Numbered from the stretch's first letter, positions 41,733 through 51,149 are shown. The stretch is 64,000 nt of DNA from an uncultured cyanobacterium (GCA_963793265.1 CAWBZI010000005.1:256001-320000); one strand, 5' to 3'. The notes: generated by a model not told the origin, from the letters alone. A program made the numbers and translations.

Positions 41733-42006
41733 GGGCAACAGTTAAACGCTTGTGCTGTGATTAGAATCGCGCTTTGGTCGGGGTAGAGCTAGCAAAGTTG
41801 TGCCGCTTTGTGGAGTGCCACAGATAAGATCTGCTGTGTGTGCTTCGGCTTTAGAAATTGGCGCTGCAAAGATACGTGGATAAAATCATAAACGGGTAAG
41901 AGTACGCTTGGAGAAAGCTACCGATAGATTCTAGTTCTTAGTCGCAGACTAAGCGCGCTAACATAGCAAAGCTGTAGCACTCATATAGCCTCTGTTAAAT
42001 CACCCC

Positions 42007-44013
42007 ATGAACCAAGCTTTTATCGATCTAGATGAACTGATAGTGCGATGTAGAGATAAGTCATCTAGAAAATTCATTCAAGAGGCGGTGTCATGCTATC
42101 GTGCTGGCGCATTTCGCTCTTGTGTTGTCGCCACCTGGAATGCAGTAGTTTTTGATTTTCTTCACAAGCTCAGAGAACTAGAGCTACTAGGTGATAAAGA
42201 AGCCATACAGTTACTAGAGAACTTCGAGAAACTAAGAAGTTCTGGAAATCAGTTCAAAGAACTTTGGCAATTTGAATCCGATATTCCCGATATAGCTCTC
42301 AAAAAATTTGAACTAATTTCTGCTATAGAGAAGTCAGACATTGAAAGATTATTTGAAGATAGAAGTAGGTGTGCTCATCCATCTATGGCATCTCTAGAGG
42401 AACCCTTTGAAGCGACGGCAGAGCTAGCTCGATATCATCTAAGAAGCGCAGTGAAGCATCTGCTTGAACGTCCTCCGGTTCAAGGACGGGCGGCCCGAAA
42501 GAGGATTTTCCAAGATATAAAGTCTGAGTATTTTCCAGTAGATCCAGAGTTGGCGTTGCAGCATTTCAAGAAAAGCCCACTAGCCCGTGCGAGAAGGGTT
42601 CTAATTAAAGACGTTATTATAGGGACGACAAAAGATCTGTTGATAGAAGAACGACAAGAAGATGAAAGATCGCGTCAATTTTCAGCGTTGAATGCTATAA
42701 CAGCTATGTATCCGACAGAAACACGAGAGATACTCAATAGCCAATTATCCAATATCATCCTAAGCAGGGTTACAGACGATGCTTGGGAGAGAGTTATTGC
42801 ATACCTTAGTACAGTTTCCGCATGGGACAGTTTGAGCGAGCCTTGCATTCTAAAGGCGAAAACGTACATAGATAAAATTGACGTTTTCAAAAAGCCTCAG
42901 AGCTACTTCAAGCGGATCTCAGAAGAATCCATTGCTCTATTAGCAGAAGCCTCTCATATCAGTTTTTTGAGAGAAAACGTCTCAAATAAGCTTCAGATAC
43001 CACTACAGAGCCTACTTTCACTAAAAGAATCTTGCACAGATGTTTTTTTCAAGAAGACAATACTCCTTCCCATGTTGAAGGAGCTGTCTCCGTCAGCCAA
43101 TCTGAAAGAGCTTCTCTCCATGAGGTTAGAAGAATCGTTAGCATCTGACGAAACTGTTCAGGCTCATATCAAGCAGAAAGTTCAGAATGCTCTCGCAAAG
43201 GATTTGGTAGCAGCAATAGACACTCATCGCGAAGATGTCTGGCTCGTTCAAATAGCTTCAACCGACCTAGAAACAAAAATTCCAGAATTGGATATAGAGG
43301 ATTTATTGGGGCTTAAGTACAAGTATCAATCGATAGAAGAAGCAAATTCATCGATCCTCGAACTATTTAACGAATCTATTACTAGCAAGGTGCAGCAAGA
43401 GGTAAACTATATATCACTAGAGGAAATTTCGCTACTAATTAGCGAGTACGAAGACGAGTTCTTCATTGACTTAATTAATTCTGACTTTGAGGACAAGATC
43501 GTTACGGCTGGTCTAGAAGATTTGCTATATGCAAAGTCAACATACAAATTGATAGCAAAGCCCAGGGTGGAAGTACTTGAAATGTTAGATAAATCGATTC
43601 TTTCTCAAATTGAGGAAACTGAGTTTGATGATCTCCTTGACCTGAGAAAATACTGGAGTGAAGTTGACAGCGAATTAATAGAGCCGATGTTGAAGAATAA
43701 TATCCCAATAGTCATCGACAGGTTTGCAAAGTCTGGCTCTTTCGATTCTGCCGGACGCAATGCTGAGCTTTTAAACGAAGTTGCAGAACATCTAAGCTTG
43801 GAACAATGGGAAAGTATACTAGAGGCATTCTTCCAAAATGACCAGATTTATTACTCATTTAGATGTTACGAACGTTTTGAATCACTGTTTGAGAAGTCTG
43901 TAGAAGTTAGCGGCTCAGTACAACCATATTGGATTTCCTTTAGAGAAAAGCTTGCCCCCTTTAAGAGTAAGCATAGCAATAGCTTGAAACGTCTAATAGA
44001 CAATAGACAGTAG
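42007..44013 (+). CDS. Hypothetical protein with an N-terminal HEPN-like domain and internal helical repeats; candidate defence gene
   Basis: EA..CY..GAFRS..V..W..V and RSRCAH (Rx4H); AT-rich; no HIP1 site seen. Confidence 0.6.
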   Translation: MNQAFIDLDELIVRCRDKSSRKFIQEAVSCYRAGAFRSCVVATWNAVVFDFLHKLRELELLGDKEAIQLLENFEKLRSSGNQFKELWQFESDIPDIALKKFELISAIEKSDIERLFEDRSRCAHPSMASLEEPFEATAELARYHLRSAVKHLLERPPVQGRAARKRIFQDIKSEYFPVDPELALQHFKKSPLARARRVLIKDVIIGTTKDLLIEERQEDERSRQFSALNAITAMYPTETREILNSQLSNIILSRVTDDAWERVIAYLSTVSAWDSLSEPCILKAKTYIDKIDVFKKPQSYFKRISEESIALLAEASHISFLRENVSNKLQIPLQSLLSLKESCTDVFFKKTILLPMLKELSPSANLKELLSMRLEESLASDETVQAHIKQKVQNALAKDLVAAIDTHREDVWLVQIASTDLETKIPELDIEDLLGLKYKYQSIEEANSSILELFNESITSKVQQEVNYISLEEISLLISEYEDEFFIDLINSDFEDKIVTAGLEDLLYAKSTYKLIAKPRVEVLEMLDKSILSQIEETEFDDLLDLRKYWSEVDSELIEPMLKNNIPIVIDRFAKSGSFDSAGRNAELLNEVAEHLSLEQWESILEAFFQNDQIYYSFRCYERFESLFEKSVEVSGSVQPYWISFREKLAPFKSKHSNSLKRLIDNRQ

Positions 44014-44046
44014 AAAATGGACTTCTTTGAATGAAGCCTCAAAAGA

Positions 44047-44284
44047 GTTGTCATTATCACGATGTATTACAACGATCATACGCCACCTCATTTTCACGTC
44101 CGCTATGGTGGTCAAAAGGCTCTGATCTCAATTGAAAACTTTACAGTCTTAGAAGGCAAGCTCAAGCCTCCGTGCGCTGGGTTTAGTTGTTGAATGGGCA
44201 TCTTTGCATCAAGCCGAGCTGATGAATGATTGGGAGCTGGCTCGCCAACATGCAGAATTAGAGAAAATCGAACCACTGGAATAG
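44047..44284 (+). pseudogene. DUF4160 toxin-like gene, frameshifted and 5'-truncated
   Basis: ITMYYNDHTPPHFHVRYG...LKP, an extra base near 44170, then RALGLVVEWA...KIEPLE*. Confidence 0.8.
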
Positions 44285-44288
44285 AGCT

Positions 44289-44570
44289 ATGCTTAAAGAT
44301 ATTACTGATGTAAAGCTGCTCGATGGGTTTTGCCTACATATCACCTTTGAAGATGATGTAGAAGGGTCTGTCGATATTCAAGAGCTAGTAGACTTTACAG
44401 GGATTTTTTCACCGCTTGCAGACCCAGAGTATTTTGCTCAAGTCACGGTTAGCCCTGATCTAGGAACTATCTGCTGGCCCAATCACGCCGACCTCGACCC
44501 AGATGTGTTGTATTCCATAGTCACTAATTGCCCACTGCCGACCTATCCCAAAGCGACGACATCTTCATAG
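44289..44570 (+). CDS. DUF2442 antitoxin-like protein
   Basis: L.ITFEDD..G.VD, GIFSPL.D..YF..V, TICWPN.ADLDPDVLY. Confidence 0.85.
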   Translation: MLKDITDVKLLDGFCLHITFEDDVEGSVDIQELVDFTGIFSPLADPEYFAQVTVSPDLGTICWPNHADLDPDVLYSIVTNCPLPTYPKATTSS

Positions 44571-44665
44571 GAGATCTTCCGATAAAAGGTCTTCGCCATC
44601 GCGCCAACAATATTCCATACAAGCTAGGCTGCTATACTGGCGAAGAATTAGGCAGGACAAGTGTT

Positions 44666-46378
44666 ATGGGCTTTTCTTCTTGGCGATCTTCCCTTAGAAG
44701 GGCTGCGCGATCGCAACGCTATGCAACCTACCTCTGTGCCTGTCTACTCAGTTGCGTTTTTACGCTTAGTTTGATGGCCCCAGCATCGGCACAAACGACA
44801 GTGACCTGGGATGATTTGCAGTCACACTCTACTCACCTGCGCAATCCATACGAGCATTTGACCACTACGCAAACCTATCAACTCTCTAACCTATATCAGC
44901 TACGAGAATGGATAAAGGTCAATCAGCCCGCACCTGAGAGTTATGAAAGAAAGGAACTTCAGCGGCTAGAAGAATTGTTTGCGGCTGAAGGCATGGATGC
45001 TAATGAGCTGCTGAAGGAGGCAGACGAAGCCCGAGCGTATTGGGCAGCGCAGTCTAGTACGACGAATGCCGATATTACGGAAAGCCCCATCGTTATCGAC
45101 GGCTACATATTGCCATTAGGAGTCAAGGAGCCGGATGCAGGACAAAATAACACTCAGGAAGAGCTGATCAACGAGTTTTTGCTAGTGCCCTACGTGGGGG
45201 CTTGTATCCATGTGCCAGCACCACCGCCGAATCAAATGGTGTATATCAAAACCTCTGAGGCTGTTGAAAATCCAGGTATGTTTTCGCCTGTGCAAGTAGA
45301 GGGTGAGCTACAAGCCCATGAGGGGAGCTATGAGCTGTTTCAAGTAGATGGTTCTCGGACAGTAGAGGTAAGCTACAAAATGACCCTGAGCGCGATCGCC
45401 CCTACGACCAACCAGCCAGTAGCACCTTCGCAAATAGGTGGTTCTCTGCTGACCCTCCAGGGATGGAAGCAGCTCCCTGCGACCATTTCCAATACGTTAA
45501 CCACCGCCCTTAACCGCATACAAGGTCAGAAGTCTCCCCAAGCGATGATTTGGGCGCTGCTACTGTCTTTTAGCTACGGCGTTTTGCATACGCTAGGGCC
45601 GGGGCACGGCAAGGCGGTGATTGTCTCCTACTTTGTAGGACAGGGGGGCAGCTTGCAGCGAGGGCTGCGAATGGGCGGGCAAATTGCAATTTTTCACGTG
45701 CTCTCAGCGGTTTTGCTAGTGATTGTTACCGATACAGTGGTTCGTCAAATAGGCGGTTCGACAGAGCGTAACTATCACGTGGTTCAGCTTATCAGCTATG
45801 GCGCGATCACTCTCTTAGGTGGCTGGATGCTACGGCAGACTTTCACCCAAAAAACAAAGCATCCAATGGCATCCTCTGCTGTAGTACTACCGCCAGATCA
45901 AACCCCAGACGCCTTACTCTATCCGAGCTTAAGCCAACAGATTCAGTCATCTGTTCCACCTGCAAAGCGTCAAACCCCGTCTCAACAAGGCGATCAAAAT
46001 AGCTGGATAAGCTGTAGCTGTTTATCTTGTGAGGACGCCAACAGTGTAAGCGGCTGGCTGGCGCTAGCGGTAGGCGCGGTTCCCTGTAGTGGTGCTTTGT
46101 TGGTGTTGCTATACGGGCTGGCTAATGGCCTGCTGTGGCAAAGTGTGGCGATGGTGCTGGCTATTTCAACAGGGATGGCAATGACGCTTGCCTGCATTGG
46201 CATGATAGCGATTTTTACGCATCAATGGGGCGCTCAGGTGGCTCAGGCGCGACTTGAAAAGAAGAAGGCGATCGCACTGCCAATTCCTTTGGCTCAGCTA
46301 GGGCGAATTATCGGTGCGAGCTGCGTGTGTCTGCTAGGCGTTTCACTCTTTGCGGCCACTTGGATGACGGGCGTTTAA
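44666..46378 (+). CDS. Fusion of a periplasmic DUF3299 domain to an RcnA/NicO-type Ni/Co transporter (likely start 44666)
   Basis: Signal peptide; EFLLVPYVGACIHVPAPPPNQMV; then GVLHTLGPGHGKA and PCSGAL. Confidence 0.8.
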   Translation: MGFSSWRSSLRRAARSQRYATYLCACLLSCVFTLSLMAPASAQTTVTWDDLQSHSTHLRNPYEHLTTTQTYQLSNLYQLREWIKVNQPAPESYERKELQRLEELFAAEGMDANELLKEADEARAYWAAQSSTTNADITESPIVIDGYILPLGVKEPDAGQNNTQEELINEFLLVPYVGACIHVPAPPPNQMVYIKTSEAVENPGMFSPVQVEGELQAHEGSYELFQVDGSRTVEVSYKMTLSAIAPTTNQPVAPSQIGGSLLTLQGWKQLPATISNTLTTALNRIQGQKSPQAMIWALLLSFSYGVLHTLGPGHGKAVIVSYFVGQGGSLQRGLRMGGQIAIFHVLSAVLLVIVTDTVVRQIGGSTERNYHVVQLISYGAITLLGGWMLRQTFTQKTKHPMASSAVVLPPDQTPDALLYPSLSQQIQSSVPPAKRQTPSQQGDQNSWISCSCLSCEDANSVSGWLALAVGAVPCSGALLVLLYGLANGLLWQSVAMVLAISTGMAMTLACIGMIAIFTHQWGAQVAQARLEKKKAIALPIPLAQLGRIIGASCVCLLGVSLFAATWMTGV

Positions 46379-47622
46379 CGACCAATGCTCGCTTTAGTCA
46401 GGGCTGGCACAATGCGATCGCACGCCAGCTTTGCCCCAAACAAGTTCCTGGCCACTGGCCCCACCTGCAACGCACTCCAAGGGCCCATCAAAAACAAATT
46501 ACAGCCGGGCCAGCGTAAGTGCTGATCCAACACGGGCAGTCCATTGACAGTCTCTATAGGGTATTGCGCCAAAATCTCTCCTAGAATAGGCTGCGATGCA
46601 ATATTAAGCTGCGTCCCCGTCGCTAGCCAAATTCGGTCAATGCGCTGATGCTCAAAACAATCATGCACCGCCATATTGTTGCACTGCACTTGCCAGTGAG
46701 TCTTTTGCCAGACCGCATTAGTCACCTCACACTGCTCATAGAGAATAATGCGACCTTCTCGGGAGAGTTTTCGCAACTTTGTGAAGGCTTCTGGGGTAAA
46801 GGAACCCCCGTCACGGGCCTGTTGGATCATCTGCCAGCGTTTGTGCCAGTCGGCTTCCGCCTCAAACGCTTTCAAATATTTTGGCCCTAACCAACCAGGA
46901 GCCGCATCGAAAATCTTCTCCTTAAACGGGCGTCGCCCTAACAACAGAACCTTTGCGCCGCGCTTGATAGCCCCCAGGGCTAGGTGAGCGCTCGTCAGTC
47001 CGCCACCCACAATCAACACCGTTTCTCCCGCTAGCATAGGTAAATCAGGTAGCCTCACCGCTTGCGCATGACAAAGGCGCTCTGGTGGATACTCAGGGGA
47101 GCGATCGCTCAAATGTTTTGCCCAGTCTGGCAGTTTAGGCTTTGCCGAACCAGTTGCGATAATGACTCGCCGGGCGATCGCGGTTCTCCCATCATTTAAA
47201 GTCAAGCAAAATCTCCCCTTCTGAGGCATCAGCCCCACGACCTGAGCCTTCACGACCCGATCACGCAAATGCCATCGGTCAATCACCGTTTCACAAAACT
47301 CTTGAAACAGCGTTGTTCCTGGACGGCCATACGGATTGTGCAGCTCGTCTTGCCGTTTTTCAGCAAAACTTCGCAGGGCATGAGGGTTGCTGTCGGGGTG
47401 GTGAACAGCCGGGGAGCGCAGATGGGGAATTTCCTGGGCGGCAAATTGTCGATGCCACTGAGCTAGCCAGGTGCCGCTCGGATCGAACACCTGAAAGCCA
47501 GGGGAGAGGCCCGCGTTGAGGCGATCGCGCATTTTCTTTTTCTTTTGCAACAGTTGGGTCACCAACGTCAGCGCCTGTGGCCCCGCACCAATAATCGCAA
47601 TATCAGTGTGAACAATGCTCAA
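46375..47622 (-). CDS. FAD/NAD(P)-dependent oxidoreductase (lysine/ornithine N-monooxygenase-like); likely TTG start at 47622
   Basis: GAGPQA, HLRSP..HHPD, IATG, GGGLTS, LATG, GPVARN; RBS aaggagg. Confidence 0.8.
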   Translation of the reverse strand: MSIVHTDIAIIGAGPQALTLVTQLLQKKKKMRDRLNAGLSPGFQVFDPSGTWLAQWHRQFAAQEIPHLRSPAVHHPDSNPHALRSFAEKRQDELHNPYGRPGTTLFQEFCETVIDRWHLRDRVVKAQVVGLMPQKGRFCLTLNDGRTAIARRVIIATGSAKPKLPDWAKHLSDRSPEYPPERLCHAQAVRLPDLPMLAGETVLIVGGGLTSAHLALGAIKRGAKVLLLGRRPFKEKIFDAAPGWLGPKYLKAFEAEADWHKRWQMIQQARDGGSFTPEAFTKLRKLSREGRIILYEQCEVTNAVWQKTHWQVQCNNMAVHDCFEHQRIDRIWLATGTQLNIASQPILGEILAQYPIETVNGLPVLDQHLRWPGCNLFLMGPWSALQVGPVARNLFGAKLACDRIVPALTKASIGR

Positions 47623-47700
47623 ACCCAGCCCTCCTTCTATTTTTGTATTAAAGAAATAAAAATTACTAATTTGCATGAGCGAATACTGCCCAATATAATA

Positions 47701-47715
47701 TGATAATGATTATCA
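47701..47715. promoter_or_regulatory. Zur box in a divergent promoter
   Basis: Perfect 7-1-7 TGATAATGATTATCA. Confidence 0.9.
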
Positions 47716-47741
47716 TTTTCAAATAGTTTCAGAATTTGCCT

Positions 47742-47889
47742 ATGTTAACCGTTGTAGCAGGCGCTTTAGGAGCGGGGAAAACCCACTGGATTCATGAGCA
47801 AATGACCGCGCAAGACGGTTTGGAGCAAGTGCGTGCAGAGTCACTGCTGTACATCAACCCGCTCACGGTTGGGGTCGATGCTTATCGGT
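47742..47889 (+). pseudogene. N-terminal remnant of a CobW/COG0523-like GTPase
   Basis: MLTVVAGALGAGKTHW Walker A; homology ends after about 49 aa. Confidence 0.7.
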
Positions 47890-48723
47890 TTGGCCGCTCT
47901 CGAAGCTGTCCTTACCGATATTGACCAGCAAGGCGCTGACAAAACCTTTTGCCTGGGCGATTTGGTCGGCTATGGCCCTTATCCCAATGAAGTTGTCGAG
48001 GTGATTCGCGATCGCCAAATTCCTTCCTGTCAGGGCTGCTGGGATGAAGACATTATCGACGGCCTCAACGCCTGCGAATGCAGCTACCCCTCACTACTCG
48101 CTGAAAAACGCGGTCATCTCGCCCACCAGTGGACAGACGCCGAAGTCACTGCCGAAACCCGCGAGTACCTGGCCCAAATGCCCCTAGCTTTGCGCCATGA
48201 GAATCTTTGTTTTGTCCATGGCAGTCCCCAAAGCCAGCACGAGTATCTTCTACCCGAAACCAGCGCCTTCATGGCCCTAGAAAGAGTACTCTCAACCGGT
48301 GCCGACGTGCTCTTTTGCGGTCACACCCATGTGCCCTATGTCCGCACGCTCAGCGACGGGCAGCTCCAAATTCGCGTGATTAAAGATGATAAGCCTGCTG
48401 GCAAAAGCACTTCAAAGCCTACTGCAAACCGTCTTGCTAGCAGTGAGATAACAACGCCCAGCCAAACGCTCACCACGCCGCTAAAACGCATTATCAATGC
48501 CGGTTCGGTCGGTGAGCCGAGACACGGCGAACCCCAGGCCACCTATGTCATTTACAACACGCTTACTCAGCAGACAATTTTTCGTGAAGTCGATTATGAC
48601 TACGCCAAAACCTGCGCGGCCATTCTAGAAAAAGGACTGCCGCCCATTTTTGCTTGGCGACTGTCTCAAGGTCTTGAGTTTGCCGAAAAAGCAGACGATC
48701 CGACCCATGTGTGCGAGCGTTGA
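47890..48723 (+). pseudogene. Metallophosphoesterase-family gene lacking its first motif
   Basis: LAALEAVL..ID, CLGDLVGYG, HGSP, CGHTH, NAGSVG; the upstream xIHGN motif is absent. Confidence 0.7.
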
Positions 48724-48783
48724 AGTTGGCATTGAAATTGGCGTTGAGGTTTATTGATCTTTATTCTTGCAGCAGCAGCGATT

Positions 48784-49536
48784 ATGGTTTGGGCAATTTT
48801 GAGCGGTATTGAGGGCAATTTGACGGCTTACAAAGCTGTACTCAAAGATATTCAAAAGCAGTCCGTCAAGGTAGATGAACTCTATATCTTGGGCGATTTG
48901 ATTGGCCCTCGACCAGAGTCAGAAGCCTTAGTGAAGTACGTTCAGCAATCGCAATCGCTCACGCCTCAAATTTGCTTAGGCTGGTGGGAAGAACAACTTT
49001 TTAACCTGTATGGCTCAGGCACCGATCCAGATGGCGTGCAGCTCAGACAAAGGTACGGAGCCGACGCAATTGAGCACCTATGGAAAGCCGTTTCTCGCGA
49101 CAGTGTAAAGTGGTTGCGCGGACTAGACTTTGGCTTTTTCGAGCTAGACTGCCTGCTCATCCACGGCAGCACTCTTGGCTGTGATGACGAACTCACCCCC
49201 AAAACCAATCCACTCACGCTGTTGGATCGCCTACTGCGCTCAGACGCTAATTCTCTTTTCTGCGGACGCTCTGGCTTAGCTTTTCAGTATCAGTTACCCT
49301 CCGCTCAGATCACCTCTACTGTTGAAACCTTAGGATCAGATCAGAGCCCTAGCCTGCCTCAACAGAGTAAGCTGAACCCTCGACAAATTATCGGCGTGGG
49401 CAATGTCGGTCGGTTGGCAGGCTATGCCAGCTACGCGCTGTACAATCCTGGGACAAACATTGTTCAATTTCAGCACGTAAACTACGCCAAAATGCTCAAC
49501 ACTGTTTCCAGCTCTCGTGGAAAAGGTTTTGCGTAG
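48784..49536 (+). CDS. Degenerate metallophosphoesterase-family protein
   Basis: SGIEGN, LGDLIG, LGWWEE, IHGS and FCGRSG replace the canonical metal ligands. Confidence 0.8.
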   Translation: MVWAILSGIEGNLTAYKAVLKDIQKQSVKVDELYILGDLIGPRPESEALVKYVQQSQSLTPQICLGWWEEQLFNLYGSGTDPDGVQLRQRYGADAIEHLWKAVSRDSVKWLRGLDFGFFELDCLLIHGSTLGCDDELTPKTNPLTLLDRLLRSDANSLFCGRSGLAFQYQLPSAQITSTVETLGSDQSPSLPQQSKLNPRQIIGVGNVGRLAGYASYALYNPGTNIVQFQHVNYAKMLNTVSSSRGKGFA

Positions 49537-49602
49537 CTTTCAAAGCGTTGCGTAAGACTCTCTCCAAAGGCGATAACCGTTACTCAACAAGTTACTCTTC
49601 TG

Positions 49603-49634
49603 CGCAAACGTCCTAAGAGGTTAGGGCGTTTGCG
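49603..49634. terminator. Bidirectional terminator hairpin
   Basis: cgcaaacgtcctaa-gagg-ttagggcgtttgcg. Confidence 0.7.
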
Positions 49635-49645
49635 ACATTCAGGTG

Positions 49646-49918
49646 TTAGAAAGTTGCTTTTGAGGTTTGGCGTGCGCGCAAAGCCAGCAGCGCGATCGCA
49701 CCTAGTCCGGCTAAAGCACCCGGCTCAGGTACTTTAGTGGCAATCATTCTTTGTCCGAGTGACTCGCCTGCACCAGGATCTTCCAAAAGCTGTGCCCTTG
49801 TACGGGTAAAGAAAGCCACATCTAGGTGAGGGCCAAAGCCCACAGGCAAATTAGGAAACTCATTGCCAAAATCAGTGAGATGAACGTGAGGGATAGTTGA
49901 GCGATCGCCTAGAACGAT
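49646..49918 (-). pseudogene. C-terminal remnant of a PEP-CTERM protein
   Basis: KVPEPGALAGLGAIALLALRAR sorting signal; the frame is closed upstream by TAA, with no ATG start or signal peptide. Confidence 0.75.
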
Positions 49919-50021
49919 TTACAGACTCATTCAGGCGATCGCCGTTTCTCCCGACGGTCAATATTGGAATAAGGCAAAAGCGCTCAGCCAAATGTTAGAG
50001 GGGCCATAACAAAACGGAAGG

Positions 50022-51113
50022 CTACTGAGTAGGCAACAAAGCCTGAGCTGCCGCCTGATCGCAGGTGCCGCCTAGCCCATTCACAATGGTGCAGGTGTTG
50101 GCCACGAGCATACCCTGATAGCTCGCAGCAGGCGTTCCCGCTTCGCCTAATCCATCGGCATAAATCGGCTCTTCTGAAACCGCAATATCTGTTTCTCTAG
50201 AGACGGTTTCAATCAGGCCCGGATTGCTCGTTGACTCCACAAAAATGCTCGCCACATTCTTATCGGCAACAACATCGGCTAGCCCTTTAATATCTGCGGC
50301 TGAAGGCTGAGCTTCGGTACTAAAGCTATCGAGCGCAGGTTCAATTTCAATACCATAGGCGTTGGCATAGTAGCCCAGCGCACCGTGAGTACTAATTAGC
50401 GTCCGTCCTGTAGCGGGCAACGTATCTACTTGGGTTTGAATCCAGGTGTCAAGCTGTTCTAGCTGAGAAATCAGCGCTGCGGCATTAGTCTCATACAGAG
50501 CCGCATTCTCTGGAAAGGTTTCGCTCAGTTGGTTTGTAATTTCTTGCACCATAGCAACACCATTTTCAGCATCATGCCAAACGTGAGGATCGGCCTCCAT
50601 TTCACCTTCAGCGTGTTCTTCATGATCCTCACCTTCAGCATGGTCGTCATGATCTTCGCCTTCAGCATGGTCGTCATGATCTTCTCCACCGTGATCGTGG
50701 TGCTCGCCCAGTAGTGGGGCTGACACGGCTACTTCGGAAACAGCTACCGTGGGTGCAGAGAGGTCAGTCGCTTCCACCATTTTGATAATTTCGGGCTCAA
50801 ACTCATAGCCGTTGTATAAAACCAAGTCGGCTGCTTCGATAGCTCGTCTGTCTGTAGGAGTAGCGCTGTACACGTGGGGATCTTGCCCCGCATCAATCAG
50901 ACAGGTCACGTCTACAGTGGTCTGAGCAATTTGCTCTGTTAAATCGCAAAGCACGCTGTAGCTGGCAACCACTTGAGGCGTTCCTTCAACAGAGGTTTCA
51001 GACTGTGGCTGACTGCTGGTGTTTTGAGCGCTCTCGGGCTGCGTACAGCTAAGCGCCGTAAACGCCAGGGAAAGTACGGTTAACCTTGAGAAGAGACGAA
51101 GGGATATCTGCAT
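50022..51113 (-). CDS. znuA: Zn ABC transporter substrate-binding lipoprotein with a His-rich loop
   Basis: Lipobox ALSC; DPHVY, DPHVWHD, THGAL; (GEDHDDHAE)n loop; Zur box upstream. Confidence 0.92.
   Translation of the reverse strand: MQISLRLFSRLTVLSLAFTALSCTQPESAQNTSSQPQSETSVEGTPQVVASYSVLCDLTEQIAQTTVDVTCLIDAGQDPHVYSATPTDRRAIEAADLVLYNGYEFEPEIIKMVEATDLSAPTVAVSEVAVSAPLLGEHHDHGGEDHDDHAEGEDHDDHAEGEDHEEHAEGEMEADPHVWHDAENGVAMVQEITNQLSETFPENAALYETNAAALISQLEQLDTWIQTQVDTLPATGRTLISTHGALGYYANAYGIEIEPALDSFSTEAQPSAADIKGLADVVADKNVASIFVESTSNPGLIETVSRETDIAVSEEPIYADGLGEAGTPAASYQGMLVANTCTIVNGLGGTCDQAAAQALLPTQ
50598..50705 (-). repeat. 27-bp coding tandem repeat encoding the His/Asp/Glu loop
   Basis: ccttcagcatggtcgtcatgatcttc-type units, about three copies. 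Confidence 0.8.
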
Positions 51114-51149
51114 GGGGGCACAGCTACTCGCGTAGTCTTGACATTGATT

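Noticed and set aside
47878..47895. Programmed frameshift joining the GTPase start to the phosphoesterase
   Set aside because: No slippery sequence is visible and both halves lack essential parts; a deletion is simpler
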